Under the pieces are notes generated by a model. It was not told where the DNA came from and searched no databases. It saw nothing but the letters and a program-made list of their open reading frames with translations. Shown piece by piece: positions 50,075-62,436 of a DNA stretch of 64,000 bases (within the stretch, counting starts at the first letter, position 1; the number at the start of each line of letters is the position of its first letter). Position numbers and translations under genes: made by a program. This stretch comes from Mustelus asterias (Eukaryota): positions 85,374,001 to 85,438,000 of the forward strand of contig NC_135814.1 in the NCBI RefSeq assembly GCF_964213995.1. The letters run 5' to 3'.

Positions 50075-50437
50075 GGGGGAGGTGGCAGTGTAATGATATT
50101 GTCACTGGATTAGTAATTAGTAAGGTCCAGGGACCTGGGTTCAAATCCCACTACTGCAGCTGATGGAATTTGAATTCAATAACAAATATCTGGAATTAAG
50201 AATCGACTGATGGCCATGAAACCATTGTCGATTGTCGGGAAAACCCATCTGGTTCACTAATGTCTTTTATGGAAGGAAATCTGCCATCCTTATCTGTTCT
50301 GGCCTACACGTGATTCCAGAACCACAGCAATGTGGTTGACTCTCAGTTGCCCTCTGAAATGAAGGGTAGTTAGGGATGGGCAATAAGTGCTGGCCCAGCC
50401 AGCGATGCCCACATCCCATAACAGAATATTTAAAAAA
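50075..50437 (+). mobile_element. Second tRNA-derived SINE family with LINE-type tail (related copies at 54230-54620 - and 59445-59665 -)
   Basis: B box GGGTTCAAATCCC; body ggaaggaaatctgcc.tccttatc; tail gggatgggcaataa.tgctggcccagccagcgatgcccacatccc. Confidence 0.7.
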
Positions 50438-50747
50438 TTCCCATTAGCTGACCCTTTATGCTACAAAAACTTTAAAATAATCTGCAGAGTAAGAGATGTA
50501 GAAATGACCACGTGTATAATTCAGTTTTGTTTCTTTCACATGGCAAGTGAGAGAGTAGAAGGTTCAGAAAAGTACCACAAGATTATTTACCAGCTTAAAG
50601 AACTATAGTTAAAACAGCAACAGAGATTACTAAGAGTTAATTAAACAATGAAAAGGCTGAATTACATGCCGATTAGATTATTTCACTTCAACTCTTCGGA
50701 AAGGACCAGAGGTCAGTCAGTTCAATTACATGAGTAGAAATACGTCA

Positions 50748-50863
50748 TGGGGGAGGGTGGGGGAGGGGTTAGGGGGTAGGGAGGGTGGGGGAGGGTAGGG
50801 AGGGTGGAGGGGTGTGGGGGGCTAGGGAGGGTGGGGGGGGTGGTTGGGAGGGTGGGGTGGGGG
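50748..50863 (+). repeat. G-rich low-complexity tract
   Basis: Many GGG(G) runs with short spacers. Confidence 0.9.
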
Positions 50864-51489
50864 ATAGTTAAGTGAACATGATTTTCTGTTCACTTAAACT
50901 AATGGTATGAATACTGCATGTAGAGTATACCTGAATTCCCGGTAGTCATTTTGAACAGGTAAGTTGCCTCTCCTGAGCGCAACATTAGAAAAGTAACCTT
51001 CCCTCACCCACTGACCACTTTGTTTATCCACAATACAATAGCAGCCTGATTTTTGTCAGCTCACTCTGTGTTGCATAAAATTATATTGCTGAAGTTCAGC
51101 ACATTAGGTGAACTGTTCCCCAAGAAAAACTCCTTTTCTGTGTACAATGATTTTTTTTCACTTCACTCTTCATTATGCCACCGCCACCTCCAACAGCATT
51201 GCATCCTGTTTTTCATTCATGAATTCTTGGCAAGTATCACTATCAGCTGTTTCTATCCCAGGCAGAAGGTAGCTTGTTATGCCTCAGCTTATTACCACAT
51301 ATGGAATCGCGATCCTGCAAGGTGCCAACAGAGTTACAAGGTTTCATTATGCATTTCTAGCAGATAGTACAAAAGCTGGCTTCATGAGGATTTTCACTGA
51401 ATTTTAAACAACATTTGCATTCTAGTGTCTGCTGAGGGAGAAGGGATGTGGGAGAATTCATTAGATTTTTTTAAAGGAAACTGAGTTTA

Positions 51490-52960
51490 GAGAATTGGAT
51501 TATCGAAGTGTACCGAGACAGGTAACTCAAGCAAGGAAACCTCCTGACTGGCCAGACCTTCCAGGGTAAAATATACCCCAAAATGCAACATTCTCGCTCT
51601 AGTGAGCAGGGGCAGGATGGAGTCAGCCCAATGACTTCAGAAGCAGAACGCAAGTCACTACTGGGGTGGGTGAGGCTCACCTCCGTTCTCTCAGACTTTG
51701 CCCCAGTTGTTTTATACTTCATTCAGCCCTTTAGCCCTCACCCTTCATACCCCACCCATCTCCATGGCCCCTCTTGCCCTCCATGTCAACTCAGTGTCAT
51801 TCTATGCCCCCCACCCATCCCCCCATGGCCATTCATACTCTCCAAGCCAACTCACTGTGAATTCACCCAGTATCCATCATGGGCAGACCTCAGGAGCAAT
51901 GTTGAGATGAAAAACAACATCTAAAAATTGGATAAAGGTCTCACTTCTACACTTTTGATAGTCATAGTGAAAAAATACCATTCATAAAACCCATCCAAAG
52001 CTTTTAAATCTCTAATAAAAAAAACAAGGAAACTTCTATTCAGAACCCACATCAAAATCAGCTAATCTTTTAATAGATTGGGGCGGCACGGTAGCACAGT
52101 AGTTAGCACTGCTGCTTCACAGCTCCAGGGACCTGGGTTTGATTCCCGGCTTGGGTCACTGTCTGTGTGGAGTTTGCACATTCTCCTCGTGTCTGCGTGG
52201 GTTTCCTCCAGGTGCTCCGGTTTCCTCCCACAGTCCAAAGATGTGCGGGTTAGGTTGATTGGCCATGTTAAAATTGCCCCTTAGTGTCCTGAGATGCGTA
52301 GGTTAGAGGGATTAGTGGGTAAAATATGTAGGGATATGGGAGTAGGGTCTGGGTGGAATTGTGGTCGGTGCAGACTCAATGGGCCGAATGGCCTCTTTCT
52401 GTACTGTAGGGTTTCTATGATTTCTATGATTCTTTAAACTGTCAATCAAACTGTGAACTCAGAACCCAACTGCTGAGATAATTTAGCTTTTGAAACTCAA
52501 CCAAGCATTCATTGTTGCATAATGATAACCCTTAGGAAATATCAAGAAAGTATTGCAACTGCATAAGCAGATGCTATTTTATTTTCTAACCTGCTCTGTG
52601 AATCAAAACAGCCCGGCAATGGGTATCTTTTAACTCTCACCGACAGCTGCAACCTATTTTTTTAAAGTATAAAGAGCAGGTTATTTAAAAATATTCAGAC
52701 CAAAATGTTTATACAGATCACATCCACCCTCCAAGAGTTTTTTATGTTTACTCCATCAATTTGTAGATCCCGCAATGCAGGTTAAGGCCCTTGTAACAGC
52801 CAAAAGGGGTCTGTTTAAACTTAGACTCAGCGCTGTGAATGACGCCCTACTCCTTTCCAAATTGAATACCTCAGAAATGAGGGCAAGACATCAGCATCTG
52901 GGTCCTGCTGCCATTTTTAAAGGTCCACAGAGTCTACTCGAGTCCACAAATTTCCAACCA
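51490..52960. repeat. Unclassified interspersed repeat (relative of 15390-16290), split by a SINE
   Basis: Collinear shared blocks with 15390-16290. Confidence 0.55.
52080..52430 (+). mobile_element. HE1-like V-SINE, CR1-type tail, young full-length copy
   Basis: Near-identical to 12121-12454 and 60667-61000. Confidence 0.93.
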
Positions 52961-54839
52961 GAAGTCCCTTGAGAACTCATTGCTGCCTTAAGGCTAAGGC
53001 AGTTTACACAGATTCTATTGTCTCTCTTTGGCAGAGGTATAGGGTGTGTAATTAATTAGATATTAGCTATCTCTGTTTATAAATGCTTAAAATGTCTCTC
53101 AAAGCACCCCTCCCCCCCACAGAATTTATTAAGCAAATAACAAAGATATATACATCAGAAAGGACCCATCTTCGCTCTTCAATCTACACAGTTAGCTGAC
53201 CTAATCCTGGGTGTTGGGTAGTAGCAGCAGCAAATGCCTGGAGTCCTGGAGCAGGAAGGGACAAAAGAGCCAGAGTTTGTGCTTCTGAAAGAAACCCAAT
53301 GGTTTCCTTGCTACAAGTGTACATTTCTGGGAGTTGGATGGGGACAAGATCAGGCTCAGCAGTAATGGTGAGTAGCCTGCCAACACCTACTGTTAGGTCT
53401 CTCATGTGAGTAATGACCATTTGGATGAAATATCAGCAGACAGTTGGCACCTGCGAAACCATACCCACCAAGGATTCAACATCCTTCAGAGAAAGGGGGG
53501 GGGGGCTGGGGAGGAGAATAAAATAAAGTTTGATTTTGTAAACTTTGTCCAAATCTAACAAATGCTCTTTTAAAAAGTTATGTATGCTATGAGAAATCAA
53601 AACATTTATTTTTTCTTCCCCAAAGGAATATATAAAATAGTTATTTGCTTCCTGACTAACTAGCACTTTTGGCAAACCCTGAATGAGTGCCTTGTTTACA
53701 TTCCCAAGTGTATCTCTGATAATCTGTTTGCAACATCAGCCCAGATGGTTTTAACTTTAACCACAAAGTTACTGCAGCACTCAAGAAATGCACTATAATG
53801 TTGTGAAAGAGTCTTGGGATAATTGAGGCCTCTGTTACATCGTGGCACAGTAACAGTCCATACCATTTCTATCTATACATACTCTATAATGCATTGAGTC
53901 TAGACTGGCATTTCAGAGGGTACTGAGGGAGCGGTGCATTGTTGTTAAATGCTGTATGCTCCCTTGATGATTTGCTGAATTTATTCAATGAATAACTGAA
54001 TCATACAGATCGGTAGTGGCATCAAATAAACTTCAATGCTCCGGGTTAGGAAGGAAGAAGCCATTTCATAGAAATTGCTGCTCAGAAAGAGGCCTTTCAG
54101 CCCAGTTGGTCCATGCTGGTGTTTTGCTCCGCCTCCTCCCATCCTGCCAGTAATACCACCTATTCTTTTCTTCCTTGTGCAGCTTCCCAATAAATGCATC
54201 TATGCTATTTGTCTTAATTACCCCATGTTTTATTTTTATTCATTCACAGCATGTGGGTTTGGCTGACAAGGACAATATCTGTTGCCCACCCATAATTGCC
54301 TTGAGAAGGTGGCAAAGAGCCATCTCCTTGAATAGAACTGGGTGACTTGCTAGGCCACTTTAGACAGTTAAGAGGGAATGACAGTGCTGTGGATCTGGAG
54401 TCATTTTCTAGGCCAGACCGGATAAGGATGGCAGATTTCCTTCCTTAAGAGACATTAGTAGACCAGATGGGATTCTACAACAATCCCGTTATTTCATGGT
54501 CACCATTCCTGATACTAGTTTTTAATTCCAGATTTATTGACTAACCAATTGCCCAAGTTGCCATATGGTGGGATATGAACTCGTGTTTCCCGAGCGTTTG
54601 CACAGCCCTATGGTTTGTGAGGCAAGTATCATAACCATGATGGTCTCATACCGCCATGTGGTCGCAAGTTCCATTTTGTCACCACTCCCTGGAAAAGGAA
54701 GTTTCTCCTGAATTCTGACTGGATTTATTAGTTATTATTGACTCCTGTTTTGGACTCCCCCACAAGCAGGAACATTATCTCTATGTCTGCAATCAGCCCA
54801 CTCCTGAGTGAAATCAGAGACTCTCATATACCAAACTGC

Positions 54840-55455
54840 ACATCCTTTGAATGAAACATTAAACCCAAGCCACGTCTGACTGTTCAATCATATCTTATAG
54901 TCATATAATTCCTACAGTGCAGAAGGAGACCCTCGGCCCATCGAGTCTGCACCAATTCTCTTATTCCCCATAACCCGACACATTTATCCCACTAATCCTC
55001 CTCCCCTACAGATTTTTGGATACTAAGGGACAATTTAGCATGGCCAACCCACTTGACCTAAACATTTTTGGACTGTGGGGAGGAAACCGGAACACCGAGA
55101 GGCAATCCACGCAAACACGAGGAGAACGTACAAATTCCACACAATCACCCAAGGCTGGAATCAAAGTCAGGTCCCAGACACTGTGAGGCAGCAATGCTAA
55201 CCACTGTGCCACTGTAAAGATCTCATGGCATGATTTAAAGAAGAGTAAAGAGTTATTTCAATGTCCTGGCCAGCATTCCTCCCTCAGCCATCACCAAAAG
55301 CTGTTCCTTCATCTCATTCCCTATTTGTAGAATTTTACTGTGTGGAAGTTGGCCACTGTGTTTGCTTGTACAACAGTGAATACATTGTGGAAGTCCTTTG
55401 TTACATGTCAGGTGCTTTAGAATGTCTTAAGGATATTATATAAATGTTAGTTCTT
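54840..55455 (+). mobile_element. Deu-domain SINE interrupted by an HE1-like SINE (54888-55212, - strand)
   Basis: gaatgaaacattaaacccaagccacgtctg | tgtaaagatctcatggcatgatttaaagaagag...tgtcctggcca. Confidence 0.65.
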
Positions 55456-55489
55456 AATAGAAATAGAATGTAACAAAAACAGCATGGTA

Positions 55490-55786
55490 CAGCACGGTGG
55501 CACAGTGGTTAGCACTGCTGCTTCACAGTGCCAGGGACCCAGGTTTGATTCCCAGTTAGGGTCACTGTCTGTGTGGAGTTTGCATGTTTTCCTAGTGTCT
55601 GCATGGGCTTCGTCCGGGTGCTCCGATTTCCTCCCTCAATCCGAGAAATGTGCTGGTTAGGTGCGTTGGCCATGCTAAATTCTCCCTCATTGTACCTGAA
55701 CAGGCGCCGGAGTATGGCGACTAGGGGATTTTCACAATAACTTCATTGCAGTGTTAAGCCTACTTGACCACGAATAAATAAACTTA
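55490..55786 (+). mobile_element. V-SINE with alternative (Rex/Babar-like) tail
   Basis: As the 40688 copy. Confidence 0.88.
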
Positions 55787-56225
55787 ATTTCCCCTTTCCC
55801 TACCCCAAACACATCTTTCGAATGTCATTTTATTCCCTCCTTTTAGGATTCTAGGCTAAGCATTTTTATTAACTATTCTAATGCACTGCAGGACCTCCCT
55901 CCTGCATTTTATTATCCATAAACTTAATCTCATTCAGGAGTCCCTGTGTCCTATCTTACACCAAATCCTGTTCACCCAACACCCACTGACCTAGACTGAT
56001 TCCAGTTAAGCAAACTTCAATTTTAAAATTTCCATCCTTGTTGTCAAATTCCTCCATGGCCTGCCCCACCCCAATCTCTGTAATCTCCTCCAATCCTAAA
56101 ATACTCCAAGATATCTGTGCTCCTTGAATTTGAACCTCTTGCACATCTCCTTTAATGAAGGAGTTATGGTCGAGGAGATGTTTCCACTTTTGGAGAATCC
56201 AGAACAAGAGAGCACAAATCTACGA

Positions 56226-56347
56226 TGATTTGATTTATTATTGTCGCATGTATTAGTATACAGTGAAAAGTATTGTTTCTTGCACACCATACAGACAAAG
56301 CATACCGTTCATAGAGAAGGAAAAAAGAGAGTGCAGAATATAGTGTC
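56226..56347 (-). mobile_element. Rex1/Babar LINE extreme 3' end
   Basis: tgatttgatttattattgtcgcatgtattagtatacagtgaaaag, as at 5337. Confidence 0.8.
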
Positions 56348-57462
56348 ACTAATAACTCCAATACTGGATTCAAGGGAAACTTCTTTACTGAGAGGGTGGT
56401 GAGAATGTGTGATTCAATTCCATATGAAGTGTTTGAGATGGATAGCACGGATGCAATTACATGAGGGAGAAAAGAGTAGAAGGATTTGTTGATACAGTGA
56501 GATGAAGAAAGATGGACAGTGACTCACATGGAGCAGAAACACAAACATAAGCCAGTTGTCCTGAATGGCCTGTTTGCGTACTACAAATTCTATGTAAACA
56601 TTGAACTGATAACCCAATTGTGTAAGTCAGAAATTGCAGCTTATTTTTCCTAGAACTTTAGCACAACTGACAATAGCATACTTGGAATTTAGTTATCAGG
56701 ATCTAACTTGTGTTCCTTAATGTAGATACGGAGAAGGTTTGTTGCTTCTTATTTAGCGCTGGTTAATGGGCATTGTTTGAGTAGATGAGCCAGAGAGCAG
56801 CAGTTTTCTCAGAAAGTGCCTTGGTATCTTGAGCATCTTTTATAAGTAATCACGTTTCAATGAATCTTTTGGTATCTGACCTTGGCTTAAAAAAGCTTTT
56901 CAATTAATGCAACATTCACTGACTCCACCTCTCCACAGAGGGTGTGGGGTACCTCTGTCACAGAAGGACATGCATCTGCGATAATTTCCGACTGGCCCTC
57001 AGAATCTATCTGAGGTTGGAAGATGAACGTTGCAGCTTTAGTTAAGCAGATCACAGGGTGTTTTGCTATTGGAATTTGATGCAAATATATAGTTCCTTGT
57101 TGTCTTGTTTTTCCCTGACTACCAAAGCATTTCCACCCCTTGGCTGGACTTACAGCACATCTTTCATTAAACCAGGGCTGGGAGCCAGTGCCACTGTTTC
57201 ACAGCAATGCGGCACTCTGCTGCATCATTCTACGATCTACTAATGATCTGATTTTTCTGATGAAAAGTTTGAGATTGCAACAAAGTTGTTCACTCCAGAA
57301 AATGTTACCTTCTGACTAGAGCAAAATACGGCAGAAATGGAAAAACCTTCTCCTTATCCTGGATTTTTTTTTGCTAACTATCGTAAACCTGGCTGCCGAC
57401 CAGTATCGGCAAATCGTGGCCTCCCAAAATGACTTTTCTTTTACTTTCTAAATATTCCCTTT

Positions 57463-57589
57463 GGCTGAATTTTTTTGGCCTCTCACGGTGGTGGGATTTT
57501 CTGGTCCCGCCAAAGTTAACGGATATTTGAACGGCTCACCGCATCCGCCGCTAGGGAATCTGCCACAGTAGGACTGGAAAATCTCAGCC
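57463..57589. mobile_element. 127-bp Harbinger-type MITE
   Basis: Ends ggctgaattttt / aaaatctcagcc; same size as 21292-21418. Confidence 0.55.
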
Positions 57590-57803
57590 GGAATAGAGCC
57601 AAAACATTAATAATCCCGGTGATATTCCCTTGTGTATGAGTGCAATTGAACCTACGTCACATAATTCCATGACACCAAATGTCAGTGGTACAGTGCATTA
57701 TGGCGCAAGTAGTGCATTATTTTTATGTAGCAATATTATCCACAGAAATAAATCAGTGAACAAAATGTTACAGATCAGTAAAAGTATCCTGGTTTATATT
57801 TGA

Positions 57804-58121
<318 letters not shown>

Positions 58122-58215
58122 TAATTATTCAAATCTCTCCATTTGCTCTTCTCTTCCACAGCAGATTGTTCAGAGCCAAAACCATTGCAGCTTTTGCCTG
58201 ACCCTTTTTACGCCC

Positions 58216-58561
58216 CACACACACACACATGCATGCGCGCACACAGACATGCATGCACACACACAGACATGCATGCACACACACAGAGACACACACACAG
58301 ATACACGAATGCACACACAGACACACACTGTGCACAAGCACACAGGCACCCATGCACAGACATGCATGCGCACACATGCACAGACACGCATGCACGCGCA
58401 CACACACAAATGCACACACAGACATACAAACGCACAGACACGCATGCACATAGACACACACCATGCACACACACATGCACACAGAGACGTGCACACACAC
58501 ACAGACGCACATGCACACGTGCACACAGACGCACGCAAACACAGGCACACACACACACACA
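58216..58561. repeat. Degenerate (CA)n/(CACG/CATG) microsatellite in the 531-bp intron
   Basis: Alternating purine/pyrimidine CA-rich tract seen directly; it produces the His/Thr and Cys/Val ORFs in the track. Confidence 0.95.
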
Positions 58562-58651
58562 CTAGTCTGATGACTAGTCAGTCTGAAAACTAAGCATGGC
58601 ACAGAAATGTCCCCTTCAAATACTGAGTTAACTGCATGTAATTATTTATAG

Positions 58652-58712
58652 AACAACCAAGCTGCTGCCTATGCAGATTGATGGGGAGCCCTGGATGCAG
58701 CCTCCTTCTACT
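58652..58712 (+). CDS. DGKG: Next internal coding exon (61 bp) of the same diacylglycerol kinase
   Basis: Acceptor attatttatAG (58650-58651) and donor ACT|GTAAGT (58713). Translation (R)[20 protein letters not shown] contains the DAGKa signature PMQ(I/V)DGEPW. The split codon AG|A = Arg is in frame with the previous exon. KLLP and MQP resemble DGKG. Confidence 0.95.
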
Positions 58713-58841
58713 GTAAGTGTTAATTCTACCTATTTCTGTGGTTGTGCTATTGTGCGACACAATATGAATACATCTACTCTCTCATACCTGCCGCCACTGA
58801 CTCACCTTTGTGTTATTTAATGATTTGTTAAAAATACCACC

Positions 58842-59074
58842 TTTTTAAAAGAATTTTTACTTCATTCTTAAAGTTACAAAGCCAATGCTCAGAGTGTACA
58901 TGGCGGACCCAAATCCATCACCCTGCTTACTCCAAAAACCAAATCCAAATTGAGTCCATTTCATGGTCCCCACAAGAGAGAGACAAGCAAGACCCAAGCT
59001 GACAAGCTAAGGCATTGCATCCCATCTTGAGTTTGATCTGACGCTTGATCTTAGCCAAAAGATCAAGAAGCGAT
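58842..59074 (-). pseudogene. U2 snRNA-derived retroposed element (divergent full-length U2-like sequence with internal insertions)
   Basis: The minus strand starts ATCGCTTCTTGATCTTTTGGCTAAGATCAAG (U2 5' end is ATCGCTTCTCGGCCTTTTGGCTAAGATCAAG). It continues with stem II-like CTTGTCAGCTT...GGGGACCAT, Sm-site-like GGTTTTTGGAG, CAGGGTGATGGA and an A-rich tail. Flanking direct repeats ttaaaaataccacc (58828-58841) / ttaaaaatagcacc (59079-59092). Confidence 0.8.
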
Positions 59075-60666
59075 GATATTAAAAATAGCACCATAGGAAA
59101 CACCATCTGCATTTTAAGGCATGATTTTCTCTCAATGAGGGGGATGGGCCGAGGGTAAGGAATGAAGAGAGCTCATCAATGTGGAGGAGCCCTCCAGCAT
59201 TTCTAAATCTTAAATAAAAAAAGGGATCCTGCAGTCATGCACCATTTTCAGCTGGCAAGGGCCAGCTGCCCTTCCACCATCTGCCGTGGTGGGATTTGAT
59301 TAAGTGTATTGGCCATGCTAAATTGCCCCTTAGCGTCAGGGGGATTAGTAGGATAAATGCATGGGGTTAGGGTCTGGGTGGGATTGTTGTTGGAGCAGGC
59401 TCGTTTGGCCGAATGACCTCCTTCTGCACTGTCGGGATTCTATGATTTCCTTCCCTAAAAGACATTAGTGAACCAGGTGGGTTTTTGTGACAATCTGTAA
59501 TGGTTTCATGGTCATCAGTAGATTCTTAATTCCAGATTTTTTAAATTGAATTCAAATTCCACCATCTGCCGTGGCAGGATTCGAACCCGGGTCCTCAGAA
59601 CATGGGCTGAAGTTCTGGATTAATTAATTGTCTAGCGATAATACCATTTGGCCATCACCTCCCCATAATCAAGCTTGAACATACACAACTCCTGGAAGCA
59701 TAACTTGTCAATCAAGCTCACTATCCCGCCCCCACCCCACCCCATCCCATAAATGTTTGGGATTTTCTTTAGAGGCATGGGGAATAAAATTCAATTTCAG
59801 CAAGTGCACAAAATGAGTGGTATTAGGTCTGCCACCCATTACTGTTTGATTGACTAAACCACAGAGGATAAATGTAATTAACATTGAGCAACAACCTTCT
59901 AAAAATTTGAAGCTGGGTACTGTATTATTTTGAGTAGTGATCACTTCTCATTAACTATTTTTTGTCTTGTAAATATCTGCCAAAAGCATTTTCTTTAAAC
60001 ATTTCACTTCTTTAAAATAAGCAGTTGCATTTAATCCCCCGTTTTGGATTCCTCTCAGTCCTTGCAACCTGTTCCCAGGGCCTCTGCCAAATCTGGTCTC
60101 GATCTGACCACTAGAACATGTGCAGGAGCAGCCCTGGAGCGTAGGGAAGCAGCTTACCATCTGTTCAGTGCCTCACCTCACTGGCACACTCAAGATTGGG
60201 AATTACCATGTGGTGGCATTAACCCACCACTTCATGTGTGGCACATTGAGGAGTTTGGCACTACCACCACAGAGCTGCATGTGACCAGTGGAAAATGGTG
60301 TATTTGATTTGATTTGATTTATTATTGTCACATGTATTGGGATGCAGTGAAAAGTATTGTTTCTTGCACTATACAGATAAAACATACCATTCATAGAGTA
60401 CATAGGAGAGAAGGAAAGGAGAGGGTGTAGAATATAGTGTTACAGTCACAGCTAGGGTGTGGAGGAAGATCAGCTTCATATATGGTAGGTTCATTCAAAA
60501 GTCTGATGGCAGCAGGAAAGAAGCTGCTTTTGAGTCGGTTGGATTTGTATCGTTTTCCTGAAGGAAGAAGGTGGAAAAGAGTATGCCCGAGGTGCGTGGC
60601 ATCCTTAATTATGCTGGCTGCTTTTGTGAGGCAGCAGGAACTGTAAACAGAGTCAATGGGTGGGAG

Positions 60667-61000
60667 AAACATAGAAACCCTACAGTGCAGAAGGAGGCCA
60701 TTCGGCCCATCGAGTCTGCACTGACCACAATCCCACCCAGGCCCTACCCCCACATATTTACCCGCTAATCCTTCTAACCTACGCATCCCAGGACTCTAAG
60801 GGGCAATTTTTAACCTGGCCAATCAACCTAACCCGCACATCTTTGGACTGTGGGAGGAAACCGGAGCACCCGGAGGAAACCCACGCAGACACGAGGAGAA
60901 TGTGCAAACTCCACACAGACAGTGACCCGAGCCGGGAATCGAACCCAGGACCCTGGAGCTGTGAAGCAGCAGTGCTAACCACTGTGCTACCGTGCCGCCC
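60667..61000 (-). mobile_element. HE1-like V-SINE, CR1-type tail
   Basis: Near-identical to the 52080 copy. Confidence 0.93.
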
Positions 61001-61418
61001 ACACGGCTGGTTTGCGTGATGGACTGGGCTACGTTCACGAGCCTTTGTAGTTTCTTGCAGTCTTGGTCAGAGCAGAAGCCGTACCAAGCAGTGAGGATGC
61101 TTTCTATGGTGCATCTGTAAAAGTTGGTGAGAGTCGTAGCAGGCATGTCAGTTTTGCTAAGCGTCCTGAGAAAGTAGAGGCATTGGTGGGCTTTATCAAC
61201 TATAGCACCAGCATGGAGGAGCCCGGACAGGTTGGTGGTGATCTGGATACCTAGAAACTTGAAACTCTCGAGCATTTCCATTTCACCACTGTTGATGTAG
61301 ACGGGCATGTTCTCCACAACGCTTCCTGAAGTCAGTGACTATCTCCTTCATTTTACTGACATTAAGGGAGAGATTATTGTCATCGCACCATTTCATCAGA
61401 TTCTCATTCCTGTACTCT

Positions 61419-62436
61419 GGGCCCGATTTTAAACAGGCGCAAAAACATGGTAAAGGATGGTGTGAGGCCATTAACGCGATCCGCCCCCGCCTCCACGCAG
61501 ATGGTCACTTTACTGAGACCCGGGAATGGCCACGATCCGATTCGTGCCTGAAACGGGTGCAACGGCGATTTAAATTCAAGTGCATGCATTTAAATTGAAT
61601 GAATGAACTGCCCAACTTTATCAGCATTTCCCCCTTTACCATCGCGTTCACCGATCCGGAATCGCGCCGAAATGGACATGCTGAATAAAAGTCTGTTTCG
61701 GGCACTCCAGCTGCTGAAGAGGCGAGTTCAGAGCTTCAACGGCTCCCTGACTCAGATCGGTGGTGGGGGCAGTCGGGGGTGGGGGGGGGGGGGGGGGGGG
61801 GCAGGTCAGATCATTCTCTGGTGAGGTGGGGGGGAGGGAGGAGGGAGGCGGGTCAGATGTACCTCTGGGGGAGGGGGGGGAGGAGTGAGGCCAGATCATT
61901 GTCTGGGGGGAGGAGGAGGAGTGAGGCCAGATCATTCTCTGGGTGGGAGGGGGGGAAGTGAGGCCACATCCTTCTCTGAGGTGGGGCGGGGGGGTGGAAA
62001 TGAGGCCAGATCATTGTCTGGGGGGGGGGGGCAGGAGGGAGATGGGTAAGATGTATCTCTGGTGGGGGGACAGGGGGTTCCACTGCCACTCTGCGGGCGA
62101 TCGGTGGGGGGGAAGAGGGCACGGGGTGGGTGGATAAGGGGGACAGTGATGTCTGTGAGGGCCATCGCTCCCGCTTTTCATTTCCGTGCTGCTTTCTCCA
62201 CTTTCTGCAGCCCGGGAGCGATTGACATGGGCGCGCTTTTTCAATTTTTTTCTAACTGAGCAATTCAGAGCTCCGATCGTTTCAGGTGCACTAAGCCCCG
62301 CCCTCAGCACGATTCAGGCTCACGATTTTTTTTTTCAGGCTAAGTGCTAATGAGGGCGCCAGAAAGCAGATTTCCAAGTCGGATCTGAATTGCGCCCAGA
62401 TTCAGCACTTAGAATGAAAATGGTAAAATCAGGCCC
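61419..62436. mobile_element. Complete 1018-bp non-autonomous Harbinger-like DNA transposon
   Basis: TIRs gggcccgatttta / taaaatcaggccc; TSD TCT (61416-61418, 62437-62439), confirmed by the empty site cattcctgtactctgtctcg at 6121-6140; internal G-rich tandem units gaggccagatcatt. Confidence 0.9.

Noticed and set aside
53184-53450. Possible structured RNA with weak relatives at ~7500-7650 and ~21555-21800
   Set aside because: Most likely an ancient decayed repeat; the similarity is too weak to define by eye.
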